A stretch of 64,000 nt of DNA from contig BDGG01000002.1 in assembly GCA_001949185.1 (NCBI GenBank), positions 5,136,448 to 5,200,447 of the forward strand, read 5' to 3'. This document shows, piece after piece, positions 13,401 through 25,260 of this stretch. The notes under the pieces were generated by a model. It searched no databases and was not told where the DNA came from. It saw only the letters and a list, made by a program, of their open reading frames with translations. The first letter of the stretch is position 1; each line of letters starts with the position of its first letter. The position numbers and the translations under genes are program-made. The stretch comes from Ramazzottius varieornatus. Its lineage: Eukaryota; Animalia; Tardigrada.

Positions 13401-16400
13401 GTGCGATTGTTTTGCAGATTCCTCATGGTCGGCTGAGTATTGGGCATTACTCCAACTGTAAGCGCGAGCTGGTCTTCAGTCACGACGAGCTGATTTGCTG
13501 CATGGCCGATCAGGCCGATGCGCTGCACCAGAGTGTGGCCAAGGCCTGCCATATGGACTTCGCAGCGATGATCCAGGATGAGAGGAACGTCAGGGATGGT
13601 CTGGTGAGCAGAGGGGTGACTCTGGATGACGAGCCGACACTCTTCGAGTTCATGGACGACCACGAAAGAACGTGCTCCACCTGCCACACGACCCTGTTTC
13701 TTAGTGCCGTGCAGTGTAGTTGCAGCGATGAACGACTGGGCTGTCTGAAACACGTGGTCGAGATCTGCCCGTGTGATGTCGCGCAGAAACGTCTACTGTA
13801 AGCATCCCCCGTATCTTGGATCATATAAATTGGAAAATCGCTGAAGAAGACCGTTTGTGTTCTCAGGTATCGATACACTATCGACGACTTGGGCTTCTTG
13901 CTGAGTAAACTTCTGAAACGGTCAGAGACTCTGGATCCTATTGAAGCGAAAGCGACGAACGATACTTACTATCAACCGAAACGAAACGGTAAGTCGGATA
14001 AATTGTGAATAGATTGAGTCCACTCAGTTTTGAAAACTGGAACGTCTCGTTGTTAGCGAAAGATGGGCACGATTTGAACGGGCGGTTCCTCCCAAAGAAG
14101 CCCAAGCTCTACTCGGAAGAGACGTTAGGACCCGTCCATTTCTTCACGGAAGATGGAATGATGGGTAACAGCGAGCTGAAGGCTGTCATGAAGATGGCCA
14201 GTGAGTTGGTCTCGCCGCAGACCATCACAAGGAACCGCGAGAACTACGACGGCCCTCCCACTGTCAAGAAGTGGAAGATTGCTGATGTTGAAGGCCTGGT
14301 TGGGTCTTTGCTGGCGTTCCCGGGCACCGGCAAGGAAGTCGCTCACGTTCGAGTATGTTTCTCGGTTCAAATTACTATCGTATGTGAACCGAGCTTAAGT
14401 CTTCTTTCTTAGGAATACTTGCGGAAGTACTACGCTTTGCAAGGTGACATTCGCGCTTGCCTTCTGGTGAAGGCCGAAGAACAACCGCTCGAGTCTGTGA
14501 AACGATTGTACGATCAGGCACGGTCTACTAACATTGAGATCGAAGACTCGCAGGAACTTCAGATGGTATGAATGTTCGTTTTGTTGGCTACTGATAATCT
14601 CCTTTCTCACTTTGTTCTAACTTGAGTTTTCTTCGCAGATCTTTCAGCAAACGGAGTTTCGTGAGCGAATCTTATCGGCCATCGCACATGGTAACTGTAC
14701 GATCCAGACGCTGGCCGAAGTCCTTCAGAGTGTCGATGAGGTCTACGTCCGGTCACCGTACATGGAAAGCTTGGCGGCACTGCTGACCAGCATGATCGAG
14801 GAAGGACGCAACATTGAGATCGCAGCTGAAAGCGTGGTTGCCAAAAAGTAAGCCACGTTATCCTCTCCTCCTTTCTTTTGGTTTCCGTACTTTTCTGATT
14901 GCCGGCCTTATCTTTTGCAGAAAGAAAATAACGTTCGCGGAAGCGAAGCGTCTGGTTGACCGAGCGGATGCCTATCCGGTCGATCTGAGGTACATTGACG
15001 GCATTCGAGATGGCATCGAAACTACCGGAAACTTACTGTCCAGTCTCGATGAAGCAAAGGTATTACTGTTTTTCGGAACACACCGTAGAAAAAAGTCGAA
15101 TTATCATTTTGGCGGCTGCTGTGACTAATCTTTTGCGTTTCCTTTGCGGAAATTGAATTCGAGTTACAGCCACAACAAAGACTAGAGTAATCAAGCCGTT
15201 CTGTGTCATTCCGACTAGAATGGTTCAAAACGTCTAGAACAAATCAATGTTTTTTTCTAATTAGAGTCTTCTAGTAACAACGTGAAACTGAATTACATTT
15301 CTGTTTTTTGATAGAATGGCGGGCGGAAAATTCATTACGATGAATTGAAGAATATCCTGAGTGACGAGGACCTTCTCATCTTTGAGTCTGATGATAGGCT
15401 CCAGCACGTCTGCAGGCTCTTCGATCGTGCCATAGAGTTCCTGACTCAGTTGAAGACTCTGTTCTTTGGAGTCTCCGACCACGGGACGAACAGTAACCCC
15501 AGTCAGAAACTGATTGACGTGCTGTGCCCACGGAAAACCAAGCGTCGCGAAGAGGCCATGAAGCCACCGCAACTCACGCTGGGTCGTGGCCGACCTAAAG
15601 ACTCTTCTCTGTCGGACTTGTCGAAACTGTCGCTGAAAGACGAGCCAAAGACGTTGAAGCTTCATCCATTGGACTTGGACTTTACGACCTATTATGACTT
15701 CAAGGAACTGGTACGTGGAAGATCAAACTAATGAATACTGGTTGTTGAGTTTGGGCTTCATCTTGCAGAAAAAGGTCTTTAAACGTTCGTGTCTGGACGA
15801 ACAGAGGTTCTTCGAGGACAAACGAACTGTCAACTTGCTAAAGTCAGCTATCGACACCGATGTCCGAGACGAATGTGGCGCGCTGCGTCGGGACCTACGC
15901 TGGTGTGTCTGCGGTGGTCAGCAACTGGGCATGATGATCCAGTGCGATAGCTGCTTCGACTGGTTCCATGGTAAGTCATTGGTCCAACTATGTCAGCGAA
16001 CTTTCGGTTAGGCTTTTGTTATTTGAACTTTTTGTCGAAGTCTGCGACCAGTCGTGAAAAGTTATTTTAGCTCATCCTGCCCTCTTTCTACGGAAAAGCT
16101 TATCAAGACTGTGTCTAGCACGGCCTTGACAGGCATCTCGTAGAAAAAGGGCCGTGATGAATGGATCTTCACCACTTGCGGCGACACAAACTGAAATTCT
16201 TTGTTATATTGATTGGATAAACTGTGAGTGTTTGCTTTGGAGAAAAGCTGAGATGGAGGTTAGGAGTTTTCTGGCTTGTAGTTTCGTGCACGAGGATAGC
16301 CGAGCTCATCTACGTGGAAGGTGTAGCCGAGTTTGGGTTGGTTCGTCAACTGGTGGAGAACATTCAGTTCATGTGCGATGGCTGTCAGCGTGGTGTCCGA

Positions 16401-17976
16401 CCTTCCCTCGAACTCTTGGCCAAGTTCCTGTTCGAGTACTCAGACGTCCAGACGTACATTACAGTCCCAGAGATGGACCTGCTGTCTCTGGTCCTCGCCC
16501 GCGCCGACAGGTGGCGACGAAACGCGTCTAACGTCGCACTGGAACTACCGTCAATTGTCCAGAAGATGAACGCGGTCTTCAGCAAGCAGCTAACAGGTAA
16601 GCAGACAGTGGATCTTTCGGTGGTTGATGAGTACTCTGATGGTTTGTCTTTCTGTCAACAGGTGAGCTGACCGACAAGGACTACATCATCAGTAGGGACT
16701 TGCGTCAGTACACTCGGGATGCCGTGGTGGCGCTCTTACTGGAAGGCAACCTGCTGGAAGTGAAGGTGCCGGAATGGATGTTCCTGTACGATTTCGTCCA
16801 TGAAAACTTTCGAAAGGAGATAAAGAATACCGAAGGAGAACTACAAGATAAACGGTAGTTCCGTCTAACGACTATTAGTAATTGTAATGAATTGAAATGA
16901 AATTGAAATGAATCAGATTGTCATCTTAAGTGACGCACACTGTCATGATTGTTGGATGAAAGTGTGCGCCACTTGAGAATCCGATCTTTACAATCATTTA
17001 CCGCCGTCCCAACTGATTAGAAGAATAAATTGAAAAGATGATCAACTAAATGGATTATTTCAGGTTGCGTCTGATGATACTGCCAATTCGCAGTACGCGA
17101 GTGCCGATCGCGATCGACATGATCTCACCGCTATTCAAAGAACTGAGCAAGACTTTCAAGATTGGCAGTCTGCTGCATCCTGAAGAGCGCATGGACGTCT
17201 CGTCATCGGAAGTGGGAAGAAGCTTCGCCAACTCGCTACCCAAGCGGGGCAGACCGAGGAATTCGGACCGAAAACATTGGAGGGAAACTCCAATCAGTGA
17301 CAACTTGTCACCTACACCCGAACCCGAAAAAGTCATTAAAGGTAGACCAGGAAGAAAGAAGGGTGGAAAGAACAAGAAGCGATGGCCGTCTTTGACGCCT
17401 CCGAAATACAACGGCGGTAAGCTACTTTCGTGCTGCCCCATTGTCATTCTCTTGACCCTGAACTGGTGATTCTCTTTCAGGAGCTTCACTGGAAAGGCAG
17501 AAGCAGGCAAGGATCGAAGAGACCGGACTTCAGAAAACGCCGGCCATGTCGACCAAGCGCCGTGGTCGGCCGCCTCGTTCTGAAAGATTGGTCAGCGCTG
17601 CACAGTCATCACGTAAGCTTTTCAGCATGAATAACCGTTGAAACTGTGTTGAACGTTCTTATTCTTGATGGGGTTTCAGCAGAAGCAATGGAGACGTGCT
17701 CAGGTTGCAAGGTCGACTTCCCTGCTGATGATCTTCCATCTGTCATTATGAATGGCCGGCTGGTCCCCATGTGCGAAGACTGCAAGGTAAGAATAACTTC
17801 CACACATATCGCATTGCGGAGATGAAGTTTTGAAGCAGCATTGTCTTTAGAGCGATAGGGATCGGTCCAGTCGGAATAGGGTGTCCGAATCGGCGTTCTC
17901 ATCAGATAGCAACTCATCGCGGTCCATTACGACAACCACAAGGACACGCATACGCCGCAAACGGATCTTCGACTAA
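10456..17976 (+). CDS. KDM5: Lysine-specific demethylase 5 (KDM5/JARID1/lid), multi-exon
   Basis: ATG at 10456. JmjN ([17 protein letters not shown]...FGMCKIIPP), ARID ([12 protein letters not shown]...[13 protein letters not shown]), PHD1 (CEVC...CEKC..YHHRC...WLCPKC), JmjC with intact Fe ligands (FCW|HTEDHW...[21 protein letters not shown]), C5HC2 finger ([17 protein letters not shown]...CLKH), PLU-1-like helical region, PHD2 (CVCG...[12 protein letters not shown]...FMCDGC). Last exon 17851-17976 ends RKRIFD*. Confidence 0.95.
12411..12522. mobile_element. Foldback/MITE-like element, family A copy 1 (KDM5 intron)
   Basis: AAGTGGCGCAC (12449-12459) is inverted against TGCGTCACTT (12478-12487), with flanking AGTAAATAA/TTATTTACT. 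The same core occurs at 16928, 20558, 33054 and 41975. Confidence 0.65.
12933..13139. mobile_element. MITE with ~32-bp TIRs and TA target-site duplication (KDM5 intron)
   Basis: ta|CTGTATTCCCTcgaTGGTTTCGCGAATCACGT (12935-12966) ... ACGTGATTCGCGAAACCAAGGGAATACAG|ta (13109-13137). TA flanks on both sides are typical of Tc1/mariner/pogo-superfamily elements. Confidence 0.8.
16072..16160. repeat. Imperfect inverted repeat/hairpin in KDM5 intron
   Basis: TCATCCTGCCCTCTTTCTACG (16072-16092) pairs with CGTAGAAAAAGGGCCGTGATGA (16139-16160); inner TCAAG/CTTGA also pair. Confidence 0.55.
16905..17010. mobile_element. Foldback/MITE-like element, family A copy 2 (KDM5 intron)
   Basis: AAGTGACGCACAC (16928-16940) / GTGTGCGCCACTT (16962-16974); ends in TTTACCGCCGTCCC (to 17010), like copies 3 and 5. 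Confidence 0.7.
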
Positions 17977-18823
17977 CAAACTTGCATTGTAGAGTAACGC
18001 TCTGAATTTCGTAAGATTGCATGACGGTCGTTTTGCTTGGTGGTAACTTTTACTGCTTACATTCATTGGTTCGACGAATTTCTCATCTCAGGACATTTTA
18101 CACGCTTGTTGAGCCTTGTACAGTACAAGACATGTAGCTGTCCCCATAGCACTTTGTGATATCTTTTGCCGTTTAACCTTACACCCACACAACACACTCG
18201 CGCTAGATACCTTGACGTCGAGCACTTTGATAATTAATTTATTATTGTGCGATTAAATTTCAGGAAACTGTTGCATCAGATTAATTTACCTTCTGCGTGG
18301 GACACTTTTACCAGCTTTTTCTTCGTTTTCTCGCTCGTGTTTTCGTTCTACAGTCGTTCAAATGGAGAAAAAAGACGAAAGCTTTAAGTTTCCTGCGTGA
18401 TTGTGTAGTACGTATAGGAGAGAACAACGTGGAGAGCGGCTTGACCATTCAAAACGAACAAGATGGCACAAGAACGATAACTACAAAAAATAACTAAAAC
18501 CTGCTTAAAAAGACGACGTTGAGAATAAAATCAATCAAAAGATGATTCTACGTAAAAATGTCAGCGTGGACCGTGCGGTATTGATTCTTAATTATGCAAG
18601 CAATAACTGCGAGAAGAAGTTAATAAGTCTAAGAACAGGCGAGTCTAACAAAAACTTTGTCTCTGAAATTAGAAGAGAAATTTGGAAACTATTTGTTCCG
18701 AGTAAAAACCATTCCCTTCGCTGCTTCTTTATTCAGTCTCCGGACGTGACATAACCACCTAAAGGAACAAAAATGAAATTCAGAACAAGTGAAAAGACGC
18801 GCAAAAGCACCGCATACTTACGA

Positions 18824-21800
18824 TTACGAAGTAGACGCTTCGGCGTTCGGCGCAGCTGTTCCTTCCGTACTATTCGCTTCCGTCACTGGCGGTTCAGCTC
18901 CAGGCATCGGTATCTCTGACAGCACAATGGCGGACGCAGGTTGCGGACTAACTCTGTTCTCTTGGGACTCGTCAACGATGCGTAGACGAGGGTTGTCTTC
19001 TTCTTCGTCCGAGCTGGCATACGACACCAGCGGGACATGAGAACCATTTGTCGGTTTCGTCGCAAAATCTTCTTTCGGGTTCTCCACACCCACCGTCACT
19101 TCCGCAGGTTCTACAACTGGCTCACCAACAAACTCTGTCACTGCTTCTTCACTCGACTGCTTCCCTGCTTCCCCTTCCGGCTCGCTAACGATGGGACCAG
19201 AAGCGGGTAACTCTTCTCGAGGGCCGTCTGTTTCCGTCTGACTAGACATTGTCGTCGACGACGACTCTTCGGTTATCACGACTTCTGTCACCTGACCAAC
19301 TTCCACAGCAAGAGGCGAATTCACATCATTCTTCACGTAAGACTCTGTACTGGGATCCACCGTCACTTTCGGAATTGTGGTTGCGTTATCTGAATCTACT
19401 ACGGTGGTGTCTGGAGTTTTGTTCCCTGTTGCAGCTTCTGTTACATGTTGTACTGAGTCAGTTTTGGTTTCTGGCTCCTCATCTGAACGAACTGGTTTAG
19501 GTGTCTCTTCAGTGGGAGAAGGTGCCACCATCGGAGGTGGGATTGAGCGTGGCATTATGACCGTCTCGGGCCTCTCAACCAGGGGTGGCTTTGGGGCTTC
19601 AGGGTGGACTGCCTCGGTGGGTGGTGTATTCAAGCGGTTCACACTGCCAGAGACGGCTGACTTGATGGCCTGGGTGGTAAGACCTCGTGGGTCGTGGAAG
19701 GTAGCGATGGTGGACAACATGGTCAGTGGACAAGGCTCACCTAGAGTCGCCGATGGAAGACTGGATTCTTTCACTGGAGGCATTGGCGGAACCTGAAAAG
19801 GTAAAAACTAAATTACTATCCGATCTTATGTTCTTGATAACAGATGCTTACTGGCATTTGCATTTGAGGCTGCATGTGTAGCTGGTTCACCACATCGCTG
19901 ACTGGCAGCTCCACCGCTGGCGTGGCTTTCTTCCGGCTCTTTCTCTTGGGTGATTCTTTAACAGGCACGTTCGCCGTTTCAGCTGGAACTGCTTTCTCCT
20001 TGGGCTGAGCCTGTCTACCCCGCTTTGGGGTCTCCGCCTTTGGCGCAGCAGCTGAAGAAGACTGTCCACGCCCCTTACTCCCTTCCGGAACATGTGGGAC
20101 AGGTGGTATGGGAGGCTGACTGGGCATAAAGTGCTGCGGGGACGCTCGTGCTTGGAAGGTGCCTTGCAGACCTTGAAGGCCGAGGTCTGGTGTACGGTTG
20201 GTCCGTCGTCCACCGGAAGAACTGCTATGGGTACTGTGAGTACTGGAAGCTCGCGGACCTTCTTTGGGCGACTCTTTACTGTGGATTGTGTGAGGTGAAG
20301 GCGTGTTTGATGGCTGACCGTGAAGGCCCGAAGAAGCTTGCTTGGCTCCAGCTGCCATCAAGTACGGCGAATACGCAGCGACACCTGCAACAATCAGCAC
20401 TAATTAGTCAACAAACGGGAAACGTCCTACCCTGTGAAAGTCCAATGGAATTTACCATCATAAATTCTAAAAATATCTTGTGGAGTGTTGAAAAAGTTCG
20501 AATCTTTCCGAAATTTTAGATGAGGTCGGCAAATGAATCGAACTAGCTCGTTTTCGAAAGTGACGCACGTTCTCATTGATATTGGTTGAAAGTGTGCGCC
20601 ACTTCGGAGAACGATCATATCATTTTACCGACGTCCCAAATTCATTTTTCTACGGACGGAAGAACTTCAGGTTTTGGACAGACTATTTCGTTATGGTCGA
20701 GAATGAGCTTGGAGCTATACCTAGAGGAGGAGAAGGAATCGAGAAATTGTTCAAAGCCTGCATAGCTCCGCTAATCACGCCAGTCAGCGGGTTACCACCA
20801 CCAGCAGCTCCTGGTCGTGCATCAGGCGAAGTCACCGACGACCTCATTGTCGCTGCACCTCGATTATTACCTCCAGCGGCTGCTGTCATCTGCTGCTGTT
20901 GCTGTTGCTGCTGCTGTTGCATGGCCATGCCGGCCATCATGGGGTTCTGGATCATCATCATGTTCCACTGTTCGGGGGTAGCTTGCGCAGGTAGACCCAT
21001 GGCGTTCGCGTACATGGCACTGCCGTACATGACGGGCGTGGTACTAGCGAAACCAGCGGGACTGCCAATGTGGCCTGGATAGAAGAAGGCCGGGTTGGCG
21101 TATGGAGAAAAGTAAGCAGCAGCGGCATTCTGTTGCTGGCCTTGAGAAGTGTAGGTGTTGGCGGAAGGCTGCTGGCGATAGGCGGTCGGTTGGGAAGTGG
21201 ACTGTTGTCCAAACTGCTGCTGCTGCTGCGGATTGCTCACCTGAAAGAAAAAACATCGAAACACATTAGATGAGATAATCTGAACCATACAGCCATACAG
21301 CAAATCCACGTGAGCGATCAGCACGCCAAAGAACGCCCACTTCATCCGCCTACGAACAACCAGCCTTATACTGCTAATGGTACCAGACTATACAGGTGCA
21401 TGACAGAACAAGATTGCTGCATCTACCGACTAAAAGCGTGTTGCACTTGCATACACTAGGTTATGTGTCAAGAATGGGATGGCAGTACGTAGGTACGTAG
21501 GAGCAAAGTTCGTTCTAGAGCTGTTCGTGCTCACCGGTGCGTTGCGAGGAACGAAAGGCGAAGGCGTCGTTGCGCGGAAGGGTGATGGCGTCATCGAAAA
21601 GGCTGCTGCTTGCTGATGGTATGCTTGCGCAGAGCTCCTCTGATGATCAGCCGAAGATACGGTTCTCCCTGCCACCGCTGAATCAGCGTGTTGAGGAAGA
21701 AATGATGCCTCGCTTGTATGAGGTCTTGTGTCGTACATCGGGCTTGCTGATGGGTGAACGTTGTGGGACGAGGAAGCGTTATGTTGCCGATGTGGTTGAT

Positions 21801-24800
21801 GACTGGGAGTTGGAGGGAATGTAGGTTGTTGTTGCGAAGGCGGTTGTGCTTGGTTAGGAAGAGTGGGTTCGCTATGCGAGGAAGGTCCACGTCGGTGGGG
21901 AACTGGCGCTGGCTGGGTATCTGGGGCATCTCGGGTCGTTTGTTCCTGCGGTTGAGCAGCCACTCGGGCCACTCTCTTGGCTGGACTTTCGTATGACCTA
22001 TTTGGATGTGCATGGGGGGAGGGAGGACTTGCAGGTGGCATCTGCGGCTTCACCAATGTCGGACTCCTCGCCTCATGTTCGTTCGAGTTCGCTGAGGTTC
22101 CTTCTCTGTCAGATACCTGTGCCGGCATACCTATTGAGAAGAAAGGAAACGTAACTCGACCTAAAGCGCACCCAGCAGTATCATCTGCGCAACATGCTTG
22201 AGACGTACGAGTAACAAGTAGAAAAAAGAAGACTTTCACGCACACACATACGGTAAGAATAACGAGGAAGCGGTTAAGATGTATGCAAGTTCGTGAAATA
22301 TTTCCCAAAACGTTATGTACCTGGCGATCTCTTGTCTGTGGTATCGTTTGCAGGTAGAGTAGCGGTCACATCGTTACTGGAAGCTGGAAAGGTCGTTTTT
22401 TTCTTTTCCGCAGGCTTGCGAGGTCGAACCTTGCGGATGTTCAGGGGGTTGAACGGTGGCGCGGCCTTCTCCTCCTTCTTGGCGACAGGAGGAGCTGCTG
22501 GTACGGGAACAGGCTCTGCATTTGCTGCTGGTTTCGGTGGTTCAGATCCTTCGGGTTCCGTGAGAGATTCGTCTTCACTTTCTTCCTTGTACGACAGAGG
22601 CTGCTTCTTGCCTCGACTGGGAGTATTGCGACTCGGGCTTTCGCTGCTGGACTTTGCACGCTTGGCTGGTTTACCTAAGAGAACGAAGCTGTACAAGAAA
22701 GGAAAGACATGCTGTTGTTAGAAAGGAAGAAAATACCGGCAGCTTTAGTCTTTGCAGAAGGAGCCCGCCCATTGGTCTTTCCGTTCTTCTTCGCGGGGAT
22801 TTTTTCGTCGTCGTCGGATGCTGATGAGCGGTCCTCTTGTTTAACTTCTGGTTTCTCGGCCGGCTTTTTCTTCGGCCTTCCTTTTGTCTTTACAGGTGGA
22901 GAAGCTGGCGGAGCTGGTTCAGAAACCATAATGACTACAGGTGGGGCAGCGGCGGCGGAAGACTTTCCGGAAGCGCGACCGCGAGTTATGGACTTTATGC
23001 GTTTGTTCGATAGTTTACTCAACGACCAACTCGGCTCATCGTCGTCGTCTGATTCGACACTCGGAGACTCCGTCGCACGCTTATTCTACCAAAGAGAACG
23101 TTCCAATACAAATTACGACATGGGAGAGAGCTATTGAAAACAGACCAGCTTTTTAGCCACCTGCATACATAACACCGTACTTTTAGCGAAGCGCTTGTGT
23201 GCAGGTGCTGTTGAACTGGCTTACTAGTCACCACGTCGGCCTACCTTGTTGGACTGCGCTCCGTTTTCCTCTTGGATACTTTCCTCGTCCTCTTCGTCGT
23301 TATCCTTTTCGACATCGTCGTCGCTTTCCTGAGTATCATCATCTTCATCCTCACTCACACTCATATCGTCATCGTCGTCTGAGGAGTAGCCTAGTTTCTT
23401 CGCGCTGGAACTCTTCCCGGCTGCCTTACCGCGTTTCACAGGAGTGCTTTTCTTGTTCTTGGCCGATGGCGGTCGGCCTCTCGGTCGTTTCTGTCCAGGT
23501 TCCGCTTTCGCCAGTCGCTTGTTCTTACTCTTCACTGTCGGACTCGTCGTAGCGGTTTTCCGCCCAGGCTTCTTGGCGCTCCGTTTCGGCGATGTCGTCG
23601 CTTTCCTCTTCTTCGTCGAAGTAGTGCTTTTCTCTGAAACCTCTGACTTGCTTATTTGCCGACTGGGCCTTCGCGCACGTGAGTTCATCTCTGAAACACG
23701 ATGTTATATTGAATATTCCAATTAGAAAAACAGTTCTCTCTGCCTCAACTACTGTAAAGTATAGTCGACGTGAAATTCCTGAAATATTTTGCAGTGCTTT
23801 TTCGGCTACTGTACTTTCTTGTGAAATAAGTTTGCAACTTCCAAATGGCCTTACCGATGCCCGGCGTGGGCGACGAAGACGTGGTGGTCAGTGCTGATCG
23901 GCCTGTGTCCCTCACGATACGGATTTCCTCCAGACGGGGATCGACTTTACGATCCTGGATGACATTGTAGTCCATGACGGTGACTGTTTGGTCTTTGTTA
24001 TTGTAGCTCTTCAAACACGCGGCGTACCATCGCTGGCTGGCGCCGTCTTTCCAGTAGACTTGGACACTTTGTCCAATCAGTTGTTTGTCTTTGTCGAAGA
24101 TAAGACGCTGCTGGTTTCTTCGTGCCTCGAACCAGTGGTTGATGGCAATCTGGTGGTCTTTGAGGACTGGCACGCTGGTCCCTTTGATATTTAGGGAAGT
24201 CTGAAATCAAATAAGATGCGTACAGAATGTATGGGAAGTCGGCGAACAGCTGCACGAACCTGCATGCATGAGCCCGCGCATTTACCGTACGACATGAATA
24301 TGCAGGTTTATGGAAATAATCTATACACTGTATCTGGTTGCAACGACCTGCATACGTACATCTGCCCATGTATCGTACAACAACGTAAACATGCAGGTGC
24401 ATGCGATCAGTCGCTATTATTCGCCAACTTCCCAAACGATTACCAAAATTTCCTAAAATTTTCAGGTTAGCTTACCTGTCGATCCTGGACTGGAAAGACG
24501 TACAGTTGATCCTTATCAACGAAATCAAGGCAGCTCTCCGCGAGTAAATGCACGGGTACACGGTTACGGGCGTGATAGTCGATATGATCCACCAAGGCCA
24601 AGTAGGTCTACAAACAGAAGCCTCACGTTATAATCAGACTGCGTTGAAAGCGGAATCGTGGATAACAAGTGTCATATAACGTACCGATGCAGGACGAAAC
24701 TGCTTTGGTGAATTCGCAGGAGCCTTGGAGCCTTTGGAAGCGCTGTGTCCAGAGGAAGATCCTGAAGAATCCTGTGTCTCCAACCACATCAACTTATCCT

Positions 24801-25260
24801 CGATCAAGAAGCAGCTGTAGTTGCCACCGTTCACGTTTTCGAAACTGTAATAAACGCAGAGCAACTCACTTCATGAATCAAACTGACACGTCAGTTTCAT
24901 AATATTATCATCTTATAGGCGAAAACTGACCGATCTTCTTCCGGAGTTTCGTGAAGGTAAATCCATTCATATTCCCGCAACGGATCTTTTCCGTCCCATT
25001 CAACACAAAACTGGAACAGATTTGAACATCAGTAAAGTACCCTCACCCGATTCTATTTAGATCGTAAATCTGACCTGTTGTTCTTCGTTGTTTGAATCTG
25101 TTTCCGTTGCGGCTCTGACGGTTCCAGTTATCCACTTGATGCTCTGCAGGTCATCACGCGCACTCGAATTGACACAACAAGCAAATCGCCGGCCAACAGC
25201 CACAAAATTCGCCTCCAGTTCCACGCTTCGATTAGCGGAAGCTTGCTGCGCGGAAGGCAT
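18824..25260 (-). CDS. KDM3B/JMJD1C-like N-terminal (Tudor/PWWP-like) module protein with AT-hooks and a long low-complexity tail; no JmjC domain
   Basis: Spliced N-terminus VGRRFACCV...KWITGTVRAATETD|FCVEWDG...EWI|FLIEDKLMW...FRPAS|TYLALVD...LDFV|PVLKD...LIGQSVQVYWKDGASQRWYAACL...TVTVMDYNVIQDRKVDP is colinear with the recalled JMJD1C N-terminus (LVGKRFLCV, WRAGVIRAVSH, VYVEFD, FLVEYHLIW, WPALTFKPLV, LNGYRVRVYRQDSATQWFTGII, TMIVMNDQVLEPQNVDP). Approximate exons 25260-25075, 25011-24930, 24816-24681, 24606-24477, 24199-23853, 23689-23244, 23086-22737, 22675-22321, 22130-21535, 21240-20721, 20384-19852, 19792-18824. Confidence 0.8.
20521..20637. mobile_element. Foldback/MITE-like element, family A copy 3 (intron of the KDM3-like gene)
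   Basis: GAGGTCGGCAAATGA...AAGTGACGCAC (20558) / GTGCGCCACTT (20594-20604)...TTTACCGACGTCCC (to 20637). Confidence 0.72.
20890..20920 (-). repeat. CAG/CAA trinucleotide tract encoding poly-Gln (10 Q)
   Basis: Plus strand ctgctgctgttgctgttgctgctgctgttgc, in frame as MQQQQQQQQQQM in the minus-strand gene. Confidence 0.85.
24232..24434. mobile_element. ~200-bp foldback element sharing family A termini (intron of the KDM3-like gene)
   Basis: TGGGAAGTCGGCGAA (24232-24246) / TTCGCCAACTTCCCA (24420-24434), with nested ACCTGCATG/CATGCAGGT pairs inside. Confidence 0.7.

Noticed and set aside
20576-21082. Plus-strand ORF with a run of nine Cys
   Set aside because: Antisense shadow of the poly-Gln codons in the minus-strand gene.
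22293-23725. Long plus-strand ORFs (142, 142, 117 and 93 aa)
   Set aside because: Antisense frames of low-complexity coding exons; no independent evidence.
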